From the NCBI RefSeq assembly GCF_039541115.1, contig NZ_BAABFP010000002.1:1240001-1295952 (forward strand): a stretch of DNA of 55,952 nucleotides. The letters are read 5' to 3'. The translations under genes and the position numbers were made by a program. Numbering within the stretch: position 1 is the first letter of the stretch; each line of letters begins with the position of its first letter. Source of the DNA: Angustibacter luteus. Lineage in GTDB: Bacteria; Actinomycetota; Actinomycetes; Actinomycetales; Angustibacteraceae. This document shows, in pieces, positions 38,096-47,593 of the stretch. Under the pieces are notes generated by a model. It made no database searches, was not told the DNA's origin, and saw only the letters and a program-made list of their open reading frames with translations.

Positions 38096-39352
38096 CTAGC
38101 CGATGAGCTTCTTCTGCTCGGCGGCGATCGGGATGATCGGGCGGGTGTCGCTCTCGCGCAGGGCCTTGAAGACGATGTTGGCCTGCTCCTTGTCCCACAG
38201 CACGACCGACCCCGCACCCGGCCGGTTGCCGGTGCCCGACACCGGCACGGTGATGGACAGTCCCCCACCGCCGGCCGCCGACTTCATGCCCAGCAGGAAC
38301 TTCAGCAGCGCGACCGGCCCGGTGTGCTCGTCGATGGTGAGCGTCGCGGCGCCGCTGGAGGCCAGCGGGAACGCCTTGAACGGGTTGATCAGCGTGGTCG
38401 GGGTGCTGGCCTTGGCCACGATGGCGCCGAGCACCTCACGCTGACGCTCCACCCGGCCGAGGTCGCCACGCGGGTCGGAGTGGCGGGCCCGGGCGTACCC
38501 GAGCGCGGTGGCCCCGTCCGCCTGCTGGCAACCCTTCTTGACGTTGAGTCCGGCGTCCTTGTCCTTCATGTTGCGCTTGGGGCAGATCTGCACGCCGCCG
38601 ACGGCGTCCACCATCGAGGCGAAGCCGCCCAACCCGATCTCGGCGTAGTCGTCGATCTGCACGCCGGTGGCCTGCTCGATGGTCCGCGCGAGCAGCTTGG
38701 GGCCGCCGTACGCGTACGCCGCGTTGATCTTGTTCTTGCCGTGCCCGGGGATCGAGACGTAGCTGTCGCGCGGGATGCTCATCAGGACGTTGGGCCCACC
38801 GTTGGCCGGCAGGTGCAGCAGCATGATCGTGTCGGTGCGCTGGCCGAAGTCGCCGCCGGTGTGCAGCTTCTTGCGCTGGGCCTTGGTGAGTCCCTTGCGC
38901 GAGTCCGAGCCGACCACGAGATAGGTGCGGCCGGGTGTGGCGGCGGTGTTGGCGGGCAGGGCGTCGACGCGCCCCAGGTGCCGCCACGCGACGAAGAACA
39001 GCGCGACCGGGTAGACGATCAGGGCCAGGACGACGATCAGCACGATCGCCTTCCAGCCGGGCCGGAAGCCGCGACGGGCCTTCGCCGGCTGCGCGGGCGG
39101 CTGGGGACCGGGGCCGGCTGGGCCGGTGGGTCCGGACGGTCCACCGGGGCCCTTCGGAGCCAGCGGCTGGCTGGGGCGGCGCCCGTACGGCGGCTGAGCG
39201 GGCGGCTGGGCGCCGGGGGCGTGGACGCCGAAACCGGGCGGCGCGTCGGGCGCGCGGCCCGAGCCGCCCGAGGACGGGCGCGAGGGCCCGTTCGGGCTGG
39301 GAGGGGTGCGGATCACCCGGGTCGGGTCGTCGCCGGGTCGCTGGTCCGCCAT
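38096..39352 (-). CDS. LCP (LytR-CpsA-Psr) family protein with Pro-rich N-terminus
   Basis: TM helix followed by VGSDSR, RTDTIML, SIPRDSYV, KINAAY, VDAVGGV, GDLGRVERQR. Confidence 0.95.
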   Translation of the reverse strand: MADQRPGDDPTRVIRTPPSPNGPSRPSSGGSGRAPDAPPGFGVHAPGAQPPAQPPYGRRPSQPLAPKGPGGPSGPTGPAGPGPQPPAQPAKARRGFRPGWKAIVLIVVLALIVYPVALFFVAWRHLGRVDALPANTAATPGRTYLVVGSDSRKGLTKAQRKKLHTGGDFGQRTDTIMLLHLPANGGPNVLMSIPRDSYVSIPGHGKNKINAAYAYGGPKLLARTIEQATGVQIDDYAEIGLGGFASMVDAVGGVQICPKRNMKDKDAGLNVKKGCQQADGATALGYARARHSDPRGDLGRVERQREVLGAIVAKASTPTTLINPFKAFPLASSGAATLTIDEHTGPVALLKFLLGMKSAAGGGGLSITVPVSGTGNRPGAGSVVLWDKEQANIVFKALRESDTRPIIPIAAEQKKLIG

Positions 39353-39487
39353 GTCCGACAGGTTAGGCGATCGGCGAGCACGGGCTCGGCCATCGATGTG
39401 AAGGCGGCGTGGTGAACCGGGGGTGAGCGTGCGCGGGTGGGTGCGGGGTGGGTGGGTGCGGGGGTGGGTGCGGCGAGGTGGTCGTGA

Positions 39488-40768
39488 TCACGACCCGTTC
39501 GCCGCACCCACCGGTGCACGCTCGGCGGGCGCGGTGGACTCGGCCGGCTCCGGCGGCGCGACGTCCCGCAGCGGCAGCACCCGCAGCGCCAACCACCCGA
39601 CGACGACGAGCGCGAGGGAGCCGAAGAGCACGAACGACGGCGCCGCCCCCAGCTCGGACCCGGCGAGCCCGCCGAGCGCGAGCGCCACGATCGAGCAGGC
39701 GCGGGACCCCCCGTTGAGCGCGGCGCCGACCCGGCCGCGCACGGCGTCGGGCACCCGGGTGAACACGAGCGTGCCGGTGCTGGTGTTGAGCGCCCCGTTG
39801 GCGACGCCGAGCGTGCTGTAGACGACCGCGAGCGCCAGCACCGACGGCACCAGCCCGGCCAGCAGCAGCGCGAGGCTCTGCACGGCCGCCCCGACGACGA
39901 CCACGACGACCCGGCGCGGCGTCCGGCGGATGCGCCCGGCGAGCAGCGAGCCGACCACGATCCCGGCAGTGGTCACGGCACCGACGAGCCCGTACTGGAC
40001 CGACGTCCCGTGCAGGTGGTCGCGGATCAGGAAGACCTCGACGACGTTGGTGGCCTCGCCGACCACGATGTAGGCGAACAGCGCGACGAAGATCGGCCAG
40101 AGGAGCCGGTCGGCGCGGATCACCCGCAGACCGTCCAGCGCCCTGGGGCGGTCGGCGGTGCGCAGCGCGGCGTCGTGGCGGCCGGCGCGCCGGGTCCGGA
40201 CGAGCAGGGCAGCGGCGACGAGGGCGAGGAAGGTCCCGGCGTCCACGAGCAGCGGGAGGCGCTGGCCGCCGAGCCCGCTGAGGAGCCCACCGAGGGGCGC
40301 TCCGGCGACGGCCGCGAGGGTGGACAGCGCCTGGGTGGCGCCCATCGCCTGGCCGAGCTCGGCCTCGCCGACGATGCGCGGCACGAGCGCCTGCCAGGTT
40401 GGGTTCACCACGGCCTGGCCGGCCTGGAGGGCCATGACCAGCAGGTACACGCCCCACAGCGGCGCTGTGAAGGCGAGCGCCACGCAGACGACGACCTGGA
40501 GCAGGGAGGCCGTGACGAGCAGCAGCCGCGAGTCGACCCGGTCGGCGAGGCTACCGGCGAGCGGGGCCAGCAGCACGGTGGGGACGGCGGCGCTGATCAG
40601 CAGCAGCATGACGCCGCGAGCGCCGGCGCCGAGGTCGTGCACGTGCAGCATGAGGGCCACCAGTGCGATCTCGTCACCGAGGATGCTGAGGGCCCGAGCC
40701 GGGGCAGCGATGCGCAGGTCGCGGTGCCGCCACACGGACTCGGTCGAGGTCTGAAACAGTCGCTTCAT
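39488..40768 (-). CDS. MFS transporter (H+ antiporter-3/DHA3-like)
   Basis: LSILGD, APLAGSLADRVD.R, multiple TM segments, VPDAVRGRV. Start uncertain because it lies within the palindromic operator. Confidence 0.87.
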   Translation of the reverse strand: MKRLFQTSTESVWRHRDLRIAAPARALSILGDEIALVALMLHVHDLGAGARGVMLLLISAAVPTVLLAPLAGSLADRVDSRLLLVTASLLQVVVCVALAFTAPLWGVYLLVMALQAGQAVVNPTWQALVPRIVGEAELGQAMGATQALSTLAAVAGAPLGGLLSGLGGQRLPLLVDAGTFLALVAAALLVRTRRAGRHDAALRTADRPRALDGLRVIRADRLLWPIFVALFAYIVVGEATNVVEVFLIRDHLHGTSVQYGLVGAVTTAGIVVGSLLAGRIRRTPRRVVVVVVGAAVQSLALLLAGLVPSVLALAVVYSTLGVANGALNTSTGTLVFTRVPDAVRGRVGAALNGGSRACSIVALALGGLAGSELGAAPSFVLFGSLALVVVGWLALRVLPLRDVAPPEPAESTAPAERAPVGAANGS

Positions 40769-40789
40769 ACTTCTGAAGGTACTGTTTCA
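40752..40789. promoter_or_regulatory. Palindromic operator between the divergent MFS and ArsR-like genes
   Basis: TGAAACAGTCGCTTCA-N6-TGAAGGTACTGTTTCA (14/16 arm match), AT-rich. Confidence 0.75.
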
Positions 40790-40821
40790 CATCTGGATTG
40801 GCAACCCCTTACGCTGGGGTC

Positions 40822-41463
40822 GTGCCCGACGTCCCCGCCCCGTCCGAGGACGACCCGTCCGACGACCCGCACGAGCCGCAGCGGGAGGGCGACCGGATCG
40901 TCCTGACCGACCCCCGCGCCCTGCGCGCCCTGGCGCACCCGGCGCGCACCGCCGTCCTGGACGAGCTGTACCAGGGCAAGGTGCGCACCTCGAGCCAGCT
41001 GGCCGAGCTCACCGGGCTCACCCCCAGCGCCATGAGCTACCACCTGCGGGCCCTCGAGAAGTGGGGGATCGTCGTCCGGGCCGAGTCGGTGGACGGTCGG
41101 GAGCGGCCGTGGGCCGCAGCCGCCAAGGGGTTCTCGCTGTCGGGGCGCGACGCCGCCCAGGCAGCGACCGACACCGTCGTCGGGCTCTACCTGGACCGGC
41201 TCGGGCGCGACCTGGCCACGTGGCGGCGCGCCGAGCCCACGCAAGGCGAGTGGTCGGACACCTCGCAGGTGAGCCGCGGTTTCCCGTGGCTGACCGCCGA
41301 CGAGCTGCGCGAGGTCAACGCTGCGGTCATGGCCGTCTTCGAGCCGTACTTCGTCCGGGATGCGACGAACCACCCGGAGGGCGGCCGCCGGGTCGCCTAC
41401 CTCTTCGCGACCGCGCCGCTCGTCGAGGACGCCGAACCGAGCGGCTCGGACGACGGCCCGTGA
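40822..41463 (+). CDS. ArsR-like winged-helix transcriptional regulator
   Basis: LRALAHPARTAVL..L, SSQLAELTGLTPSAMSYHLRALEKWG, GRERPW. Confidence 0.9.
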   Translation: MPDVPAPSEDDPSDDPHEPQREGDRIVLTDPRALRALAHPARTAVLDELYQGKVRTSSQLAELTGLTPSAMSYHLRALEKWGIVVRAESVDGRERPWAAAAKGFSLSGRDAAQAATDTVVGLYLDRLGRDLATWRRAEPTQGEWSDTSQVSRGFPWLTADELREVNAAVMAVFEPYFVRDATNHPEGGRRVAYLFATAPLVEDAEPSGSDDGP

Positions 41464-42092
41464 GCGAGTGGCTCAGCCAGCTGCTGCACCCGGACCTGGC
41501 GCAGTACACGGCGGCCGGTCTGTACGCCGTCCTGTTCGGGCTGGTCTTCATCGAGACCGGGCTGCTCGTCGGGTTCTTCCTCCCGGGCGACACGGTCCTC
41601 TTCACCGCCGGCCTGCTCGCCGCCCACCCGTCGTCGCCGCTGTCGCTGGTGGTGCTGGCGGTGGGGGTGGCCGCCGCCGCAGTGCTCGGCGACGCCGTGG
41701 GCTACTGGTGCGGACGGCGGCTCGGCCGCCCGTGGGTCGAGCGTCGGGCCGGGCGGTTGGCCGCGCACCTGCCGCGGACGGAGGCGTTCTTCGAGCGCTG
41801 GGGATGGTCGGCCGTCGTGGTGGCCCGGTTCGTCCCGTGGCTGCGCACCTTCACCCCCATCGTGGCCGGGACCGCTGCCATGCCGTACCCGCGGTTCCTG
41901 TCGGCCAACATCGTGGGCGCGCTGGCCTGGGGGTCGGGGCTCGTGCTGATCGGGTACGTCGCCTACTCGGTGCCCTGGGTGCGCTACGTGGCGTACGGGA
42001 TCGCGCTGGCGTCCGTGCTCGCGTCGATCATCGGGCCGCTCGTCGTCCGCCGGCGCCGCCGTCGACAGGCCGCCACCGCCCCCGGGCGTTGA
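41460..42092 (+). CDS. DedA family membrane protein (second copy)
   Basis: FIETGLLVGFFLPGDTVLF, FFERWG, ARFVPWLRTFTP; GTGA overlap with the regulator; stop TGA lies inside the family A repeat. Confidence 0.92.
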   Translation: MSEWLSQLLHPDLAQYTAAGLYAVLFGLVFIETGLLVGFFLPGDTVLFTAGLLAAHPSSPLSLVVLAVGVAAAAVLGDAVGYWCGRRLGRPWVERRAGRLAAHLPRTEAFFERWGWSAVVVARFVPWLRTFTPIVAGTAAMPYPRFLSANIVGALAWGSGLVLIGYVAYSVPWVRYVAYGIALASVLASIIGPLVVRRRRRRQAATAPGR

Positions 42093-42173
42093 TCACGTTC
42101 AGTGGGTCTGCACCCGCTTCTCGAGGGTCGTTCGCCTCGAGAAGCGGGTGTTCACCCACTGAACGTGATCAAC
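42088..42173. repeat. Family A 86-bp palindrome (empty REP/MITE-like copy)
   Basis: GTTGATCACGTTCAGTGGGT-CTG-CACCCGCTTCTCGAGG-N8-CCTCGAGAAGCGGGTG-TTC-ACCCACTGAACGTGATCAAC. Confidence 0.92.
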
Positions 42174-42198
42174 AGCGAAGGGGCGTGAGGCGTGGTGG

Positions 42199-42867
42199 TC
42201 AGGAGGGCGCGGGCGGGGAGTCCTGGGGCGCGGACGGCGCGGGCGCCGCCGCGGGCGGGGCGGTCGTCGCGGGCGCCGCGGCGGCCGAGGTCGACGTCCC
42301 GAAGGAGACCTGCGGGGCCGCCCGGGTCGCGGCGTCCTCGACCTCGAAGTACTCGGCGGTCGTGATGTGGAACATGCCGGCGACGATGTTCGACGGCACG
42401 GTCTCGACCTTGGTGTTCAGCGCGCGCACGTTGGCGTTGTAGAAGCGCCGGGACGCCGCCACCCGGTCCTCGGTGTCGGTGAGGTCGCGCTGCAGCTGCA
42501 GGAAGTTCGTGTTCGCCTTGAGGTCCGGGTAGGCCTCGGCCACCGCGAACAGCCGCCCGAGGGCCGCCGTCAGCACGTTCTCCTGCTGGGCCTGCTGCGC
42601 CGGGGACGCACCCGGCGCCGCGGCGGCCGCCCGCGCGTTCGTGACGGCCTGCAGAGTCTCTCGCTCGTGCGAGGCGTAACCCTTCACCGTCTCGACGAGG
42701 TTCGGGATCAGGTCGTGCCGCCGGTTGAGCTCGACGTCGATCTGCCGCCACGACTCCTGGACGACGTTGCGCAGCCGGATCAGGCCGTTGTACTGGCTGA
42801 CGAAGTACAGCGCCAGGATGACGACGATCACGATCACGACGATCAGGGCGATGATGCCACCGGTCAT
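42199..42867 (-). CDS. LemA family protein
   Basis: N-terminal TM; YN.L..LRN, IDVELNRRHDLIPNLVETVKGYASHE, EAYPDLKA, RRFYN. Confidence 0.95.
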   Translation of the reverse strand: MTGGIIALIVVIVIVVILALYFVSQYNGLIRLRNVVQESWRQIDVELNRRHDLIPNLVETVKGYASHERETLQAVTNARAAAAAPGASPAQQAQQENVLTAALGRLFAVAEAYPDLKANTNFLQLQRDLTDTEDRVAASRRFYNANVRALNTKVETVPSNIVAGMFHITTAEYFEVEDAATRAAPQVSFGTSTSAAAAPATTAPPAAAPAPSAPQDSPPAPS

Positions 42868-42953
42868 GGGGTTCCCTCCCGAGGGTGCAGCGCGATGCTA
42901 CCGGTCGTTCAGACGTGCGGACCGGCGCTGCGGTTCCCGTGGCGCCGAACGGG

Positions 42954-43685
42954 TCAGACCTGCTCGGGCTGGTAGCCGTGGTCGAGCCAGACGAAGCGGG
43001 GCACCCCGGCCAGCAGGTCGGCCACCAGCCGGAGCCGGTCCTCCACGAACTCCGGCACGAGCTGCCCGGCGTCGACCACGATCACCCAGCCGCCGTCCAC
43101 CCGCAGGGACGCGTCGTCACGCGCGAGCAGCCGCTCCACGGTGCGCGGGTTCAGCAGGTCCACGGCGAGCTTCTCGTCATCGGCCCGGACCCGGTAGCGG
43201 CGGTTGAAGTCGGCGTGCTCGATCTCGATGTCCTGACCGCCGAAGGCCCGCAACAGCCTGTCTCCCAGCCGTTCCCGGCTCACCACGACCCGACCCAGGG
43301 GGACCGGCAAGGCCACCGCGAGCACCCGGTACGCGTGGTCGCGACGCTGCTGGGTGGTGACCGTCCGACCGTTCGCGTCGGTGCTCGTCACGGTCTCGTA
43401 GGTCGTGAAGCGGTGGGTGAAGGCCACCTGACGCTGGCCGCCCACGACCCGGTCGCAGACGTCGTCCGCGTGCCGGTCCGAACCCTGCCCGAACGGGGCC
43501 CCCTGGAAGGCGCCGACCCAGCGGTCGTCCCGCCCGGCCAGCAGCCAGCCGCCGGCCTGGGCGAACGCCTGCAGCGCCGCCTTCCGCCCCTTCTCGCGCT
43601 TGCTGGCCAGCACCAGGGCCACGACGAAACCGCCGACCATCAGGATGCCGATCAGCACCACCAGCGGGAACAGCATCATGCTCAC
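42954..43685 (-). CDS. Hypothetical membrane-anchored protein (LemA-associated)
   Basis: N-terminal TM; DIEIEHADFNRRYRV motif; co-oriented with lemA. Confidence 0.75.
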   Translation of the reverse strand: MSMMLFPLVVLIGILMVGGFVVALVLASKREKGRKAALQAFAQAGGWLLAGRDDRWVGAFQGAPFGQGSDRHADDVCDRVVGGQRQVAFTHRFTTYETVTSTDANGRTVTTQQRRDHAYRVLAVALPVPLGRVVVSRERLGDRLLRAFGGQDIEIEHADFNRRYRVRADDEKLAVDLLNPRTVERLLARDDASLRVDGGWVIVVDAGQLVPEFVEDRLRLVADLLAGVPRFVWLDHGYQPEQV

Positions 43686-43787
43686 GGCGACACCCCCACC
43701 TGCCCGGTCGCTCCGGACGTCTGACGGTCAGTCTGCCGGGTCAGCCGCCGCCAGGGGGCCTGTTCGCGCACCGCGTCACCTTGGCGG

Positions 43788-44330
43788 CTACAGGCCGAGC
43801 TCGTCCTTGCCGTAGGCGAACAGGTAGTCCAGGCCTGCCTCGCGCACCTTCTCGGCCGCGCCGGTGTCCCGGTCCACGATCACCGCGACGGCGACGACCT
43901 CGGCGCCCGCCGCGCGCAGCGCCTCGACGGCGGTGAGCGCGGAGCCACCGGTGGTCGAGGTGTCCTCGACGGCCAGCACGCGCCGTCCGGAGACGTCCGG
44001 CCCCTCGATCTGCTTCTGCAGCCCGTGCGCCTTGCCCTCCTTGCGGACGACGAAGGCGTCCAGCCGCTCTCCGCGCGCGGCTGCGGCGTGCAGCATCGCG
44101 GCGGCCACCGGGTCGGCGCCCATGGTCAGGCCACCGACGGCGTCGAACTCGAGGTCGGCCGCCAGGTCGAGCATGACCTCGCCGACCAGCGGGGCGGCGG
44201 CGCCGTCCAGGGTGATGCGGCGCAGGTCGACGTAGTAGTCGGCCTCCTTACCGCTGGACAGGGTCACCTTGCCGCGCACGATCGCGGAGTCGGTGATGTG
44301 GGCGAGGAGGGCTTCGCGAGGAGTCGTCAC
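43788..44330 (-). CDS. pyrE: Orotate phosphoribosyltransferase
   Basis: TLSSGKEADYYVDLR, GGLTMGADP, VRKEGKAHG, VEDTSTTGGS, IVDR. Confidence 0.96.
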   Translation of the reverse strand: MTTPREALLAHITDSAIVRGKVTLSSGKEADYYVDLRRITLDGAAAPLVGEVMLDLAADLEFDAVGGLTMGADPVAAAMLHAAAARGERLDAFVVRKEGKAHGLQKQIEGPDVSGRRVLAVEDTSTTGGSALTAVEALRAAGAEVVAVAVIVDRDTGAAEKVREAGLDYLFAYGKDELGL

Positions 44331-44355
44331 AGGCCCCGAGCCTATCGGGTGCGGC

Positions 44356-45129
44356 TCAGTTGCCGGCGCGACGGGACTGGATCGTGCTGGACGCCTTGCG
44401 CACCAACGACCGCGGCGCGTGCCGGGACAGGAACGAGAGGGTCTTGAAGCGCCGGCTCGGGATGCTGACGACCCGGCCACGGTCGAGGTCGGCGAGCGCC
44501 GCCGAGACGACGTCGTCCACGTCCAGCCAGCCAGCGGCCGGCAGCCGGGACATGTTGATCCGGCCGCGCTCGTGGAACTCCGTCTTCACGAAGCCCGGGC
44601 ACAGCGCCATGACGCGGACCCCGCGCGGGCCGAGCTCGCCGGCCAGCGCCTCGCTGAACGTCGTCTCCCAGGCCTTGACCGCCGAGTAGGTCCCCATGGC
44701 CGCGAACCCGGCGACCGAGGACACGTTGACGATCGCACCGTGGCCGCGCTCGACCATCGGCTCGGCCGCGGCGTGGCTGAGGACGAGCACCGCGCGGCAG
44801 TGGATGTCGAGCAGCCGCTCCTGCGCCGCGACGTCACCGCGCAGGAACCCGTGCCCGAGCCCGAAGCCGGCGTTGTTGACGAGCAGGTCGACGGGCCGGC
44901 CGGAGTCCGCGAGGCGGTCGGCCACCCGCTGCACGTCGGCGCGGTCGGTGAGGTCGGCCGCGATCGTCTCGGCCTCGCGCCCGTAGACGGTGCGGACCTC
45001 CTCGGCGACCTCGTCGAGCCGCTCCCGCCCGCGGGCGACGAGGACGACGTCGTAGCCCTGGGCGGCGAGGTGGCGGACGAAGGAGTGGCCGATCCCGGCG
45101 GTCGCGCCGGTCACGAGTGCGGTCGTCAT
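44356..45129 (-). CDS. Short-chain dehydrogenase/reductase
   Basis: TGATAGIG, VNNAG, NVSS, YSAVK, CPGFVKTEF. Confidence 0.93.
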   Translation of the reverse strand: MTTALVTGATAGIGHSFVRHLAAQGYDVVLVARGRERLDEVAEEVRTVYGREAETIAADLTDRADVQRVADRLADSGRPVDLLVNNAGFGLGHGFLRGDVAAQERLLDIHCRAVLVLSHAAAEPMVERGHGAIVNVSSVAGFAAMGTYSAVKAWETTFSEALAGELGPRGVRVMALCPGFVKTEFHERGRINMSRLPAAGWLDVDDVVSAALADLDRGRVVSIPSRRFKTLSFLSRHAPRSLVRKASSTIQSRRAGN

Positions 45130-45204
45130 GGACGCCGACCCTAGTCGCCGCCGGGCTGCGCGGGCCTGCGCACGCTGTCGGAGCCGCCAGGTAGGTTCGG
45201 GACC

Positions 45205-45987
45205 GTGCGAATCGCCACCTGGAACGTGAACTCCATCCGAGCGCGGGTCGACCGAGTCGTGGACTGGCTCGAGCGGGCCGACATCGACGTCCTGCTCATG
45301 CAGGAGACCAAGTGCCGGGACGACCAGTTCCCGGACCTGCCCTTCGTGGGGCTCGGGTACGAGGTCGCGCACGTCGGGCACTCGCAGTGGAACGGCGTGG
45401 CCGTGGTGTCCCGGGTCGGGCTGGCGGACGTCGAGATCGGCTTCCCGGGTCAGCCGGGCTGGGGTGACCCGGTGGCGGCGGAGGCGCGCGCGATCGCCGC
45501 GACCTGCGACGGGGTGCGGGTGTGGAGCCTGTACGTGCCGAACGGCCGGACGCTGGACGACCCGCACCTGACCTACAAGCTGGACTGGCTGGCCAAGCTG
45601 CGCGAGGCGGGCGCGGGCTGGCTCGCGGACGACCCCGACGCGCAGGTGCTGCTGGGCGGCGACTGGAACGTCGCCCCGCGCGACGAGGACGTCTGGGACA
45701 TGGCGGTCTTCGCGACCAGCACGCACGTCTCCCCGCCCGAGCGCGCCGCCTTCCAGGCCGTCGTGGACGCCGGGTACGCGGACGTCGTCCGGCCGTACAC
45801 CGAGGGCCAGTTCACCTACTGGGACTACACGCAGCTGCGGTTCCCCCGCAAGGAGGGCATGCGGATCGACTTCGCGCTCACCTCGCCGGCGCTGGCGAGA
45901 CGCGTCACGGGGGCCGAGATCGTCCGCGAGGAGCGCAAGGGCAAGGGCGCCAGTGACCACGCGCCCGTCGTCGTCGAGCTCGACTGA
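45205..45987 (+). CDS. xth: Exodeoxyribonuclease III / AP endonuclease
   Basis: ATWNVNSIR, QETK, YVPNG, GDWNVAP, FTYWDY, RIDF, SDHAP. Confidence 0.95.
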   Translation: MRIATWNVNSIRARVDRVVDWLERADIDVLLMQETKCRDDQFPDLPFVGLGYEVAHVGHSQWNGVAVVSRVGLADVEIGFPGQPGWGDPVAAEARAIAATCDGVRVWSLYVPNGRTLDDPHLTYKLDWLAKLREAGAGWLADDPDAQVLLGGDWNVAPRDEDVWDMAVFATSTHVSPPERAAFQAVVDAGYADVVRPYTEGQFTYWDYTQLRFPRKEGMRIDFALTSPALARRVTGAEIVREERKGKGASDHAPVVVELD

Positions 45988-46001
45988 CCTAGGTTGCCGT
46001 C

Positions 46002-46910
46002 ATGACGACCGAGGGCTACGCCGACTTCGAGGGCTCGCAGACCTGGTACCGGATCGACGGCGAGTGGCCGCCGTCGGCCGACGGGCCGGCGCCGCTGGTG
46101 GTGCTGCACGGCGGTCCGGGCGCGACGCACGACTACCTGCTGCCGCTCGCCGAGCTGGCGCGCGGCGGCCGTGCCGTCGTGCTCTACGACCAGGCGGGCA
46201 ACGGCAACTCGACGCACCACCCCGACCGGGGCGGGGACTACTGGACGGTCGAGCTGTTCGTCCGGGAGCTGGCGAACCTGGTGCAGCACCTGGGGATCGG
46301 CGACCGCTACCACGTGCTCGGCCAGTCCTGGGGCGGGTTCCTGGCCCAGGAGCACGCGCTGACGTCGCCGCCCGGGCTGCGCTCCCTGGTGCTGTCCAAC
46401 ACGGCGGCATCGTTCCCGGACTTCGTCGCCGAGGCGAACCGGCTGCGCGCGGACCTGCCGCCGGACGTCGAGGCGACGCTGCGCCGGCACGAGGCCGACG
46501 AGACCACGGACACCGCCGAGTACGCCGAGGCGTGCATGGTGTTCTACCTGCGCCACGTCTGCCGGCTCGACCCCTGGCCGGACGGCGTCGCGGCCGGCTT
46601 CGCCAAGATCGACGAGGACCCGACGGTCTACCACACGATGAACGGGCCGTCCGAGTTCCACGTCATCGGCACCATCCGCGACTGGGAGTCGCACTCACGG
46701 CTGGGCGGGATCGCCGTCCCGACGCTCGTGCTGAGCGGTGAGTTCGACGAGGCGACGCCGGCCCTGCAGGTTCCGCTCGTCGACGGCATCCGGGGGAACG
46801 GCGTCGAGGTCGAGCAGGTGGTCCTGGACGGTTGCTCGCACCTGCCGTTCTGGGAGCAGCCCGAGCGGTACCGGTCGCTCGTCGAGGACTGGCTCGGGCG
46901 GCGCGACTAG
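46002..46910 (+). CDS. Proline iminopeptidase-family alpha/beta hydrolase (L-amino acid amidase-like)
   Basis: LHGGPG, YDQ.GNG.S, GQSWGG, MNGPSEF, G.FDE, SH.P.WE. Confidence 0.92.
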   Translation: MTTEGYADFEGSQTWYRIDGEWPPSADGPAPLVVLHGGPGATHDYLLPLAELARGGRAVVLYDQAGNGNSTHHPDRGGDYWTVELFVRELANLVQHLGIGDRYHVLGQSWGGFLAQEHALTSPPGLRSLVLSNTAASFPDFVAEANRLRADLPPDVEATLRRHEADETTDTAEYAEACMVFYLRHVCRLDPWPDGVAAGFAKIDEDPTVYHTMNGPSEFHVIGTIRDWESHSRLGGIAVPTLVLSGEFDEATPALQVPLVDGIRGNGVEVEQVVLDGCSHLPFWEQPERYRSLVEDWLGRRD

Positions 46911-47527
46911 CCGACTCCGGGACCCGTCTCGCCGCCGAGGCCGGGCCAGAGCGCGGCCATGACGAGGTCGGCTGCCTGCTGGGCGCTGACCTGTGCCTCC
47001 TGCCCCGAGCGCCAGATCGCCACCCGCTCGCACGCGCCGGTGACGAGCTCGGCGCGCACCTGCAGGGCCAGCGGGCTGACCTGGGCCGCGCCGGGCATCG
47101 ACCCCAGCAGGGCCTGCGTGTAGTCGCTCTGCTGGCGGCGGATCTCCTCGATCTCGGCCGCGCCGGGTCCGGCGTTCAGCATGGCCTCGGACTGCAGCAC
47201 CGCCCAGGCGGCGGCGTGGTCGTCGACGAACTCGAAGAACGCGCGGACGGCGTTCAGCATGATCGCCCGAGGCTCGCCACCGGCCGAGACGGCGGCCATG
47301 GTCTTGTCGTGCAGCTGCTGGCGGCTGCGCGCGAGGCAGGCGGTGAGCAGGCCGTCCTTGCTGCCGAAGTACTCGTAGAGCATGGGTTTGGTGACACCGA
47401 CCCGGGTGGCGATCTCGTCCATCGACGTCGCCTGGTAGCCGCGCTCGGCGAAGACGGCTTCGGCCACCTCGAGCATCTGCTGCTCACGCTCGGCGCGGGG
47501 GACGCGCCGCCGGGTGGGGGTCTTCAC
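46907..47527 (-). CDS. TetR/AcrR family regulator
   Basis: FAERGYQATSMDEIATRVGVTKPMLYEYFGSKDGL. Confidence 0.95.
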   Translation of the reverse strand: MKTPTRRRVPRAEREQQMLEVAEAVFAERGYQATSMDEIATRVGVTKPMLYEYFGSKDGLLTACLARSRQQLHDKTMAAVSAGGEPRAIMLNAVRAFFEFVDDHAAAWAVLQSEAMLNAGPGAAEIEEIRRQQSDYTQALLGSMPGAAQVSPLALQVRAELVTGACERVAIWRSGQEAQVSAQQAADLVMAALWPGLGGETGPGVG

Positions 47528-47537
47528 AGCGGCACTC

Positions 47538-47565
47538 TACCTCGGGTAACTTACCTCAGGTAAGT
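47538..47565. promoter_or_regulatory. Tandem TetR operator
   Basis: Perfect palindrome ACTTACCT-C-AGGTAAGT (47549-47565) abutting TACC-TCG-GGTA (47538-47548), between tetR and the divergent operon. Confidence 0.8.
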
Positions 47566-47593
47566 AGGCAGGGGGCCGAAGATCGGAGTTCGC

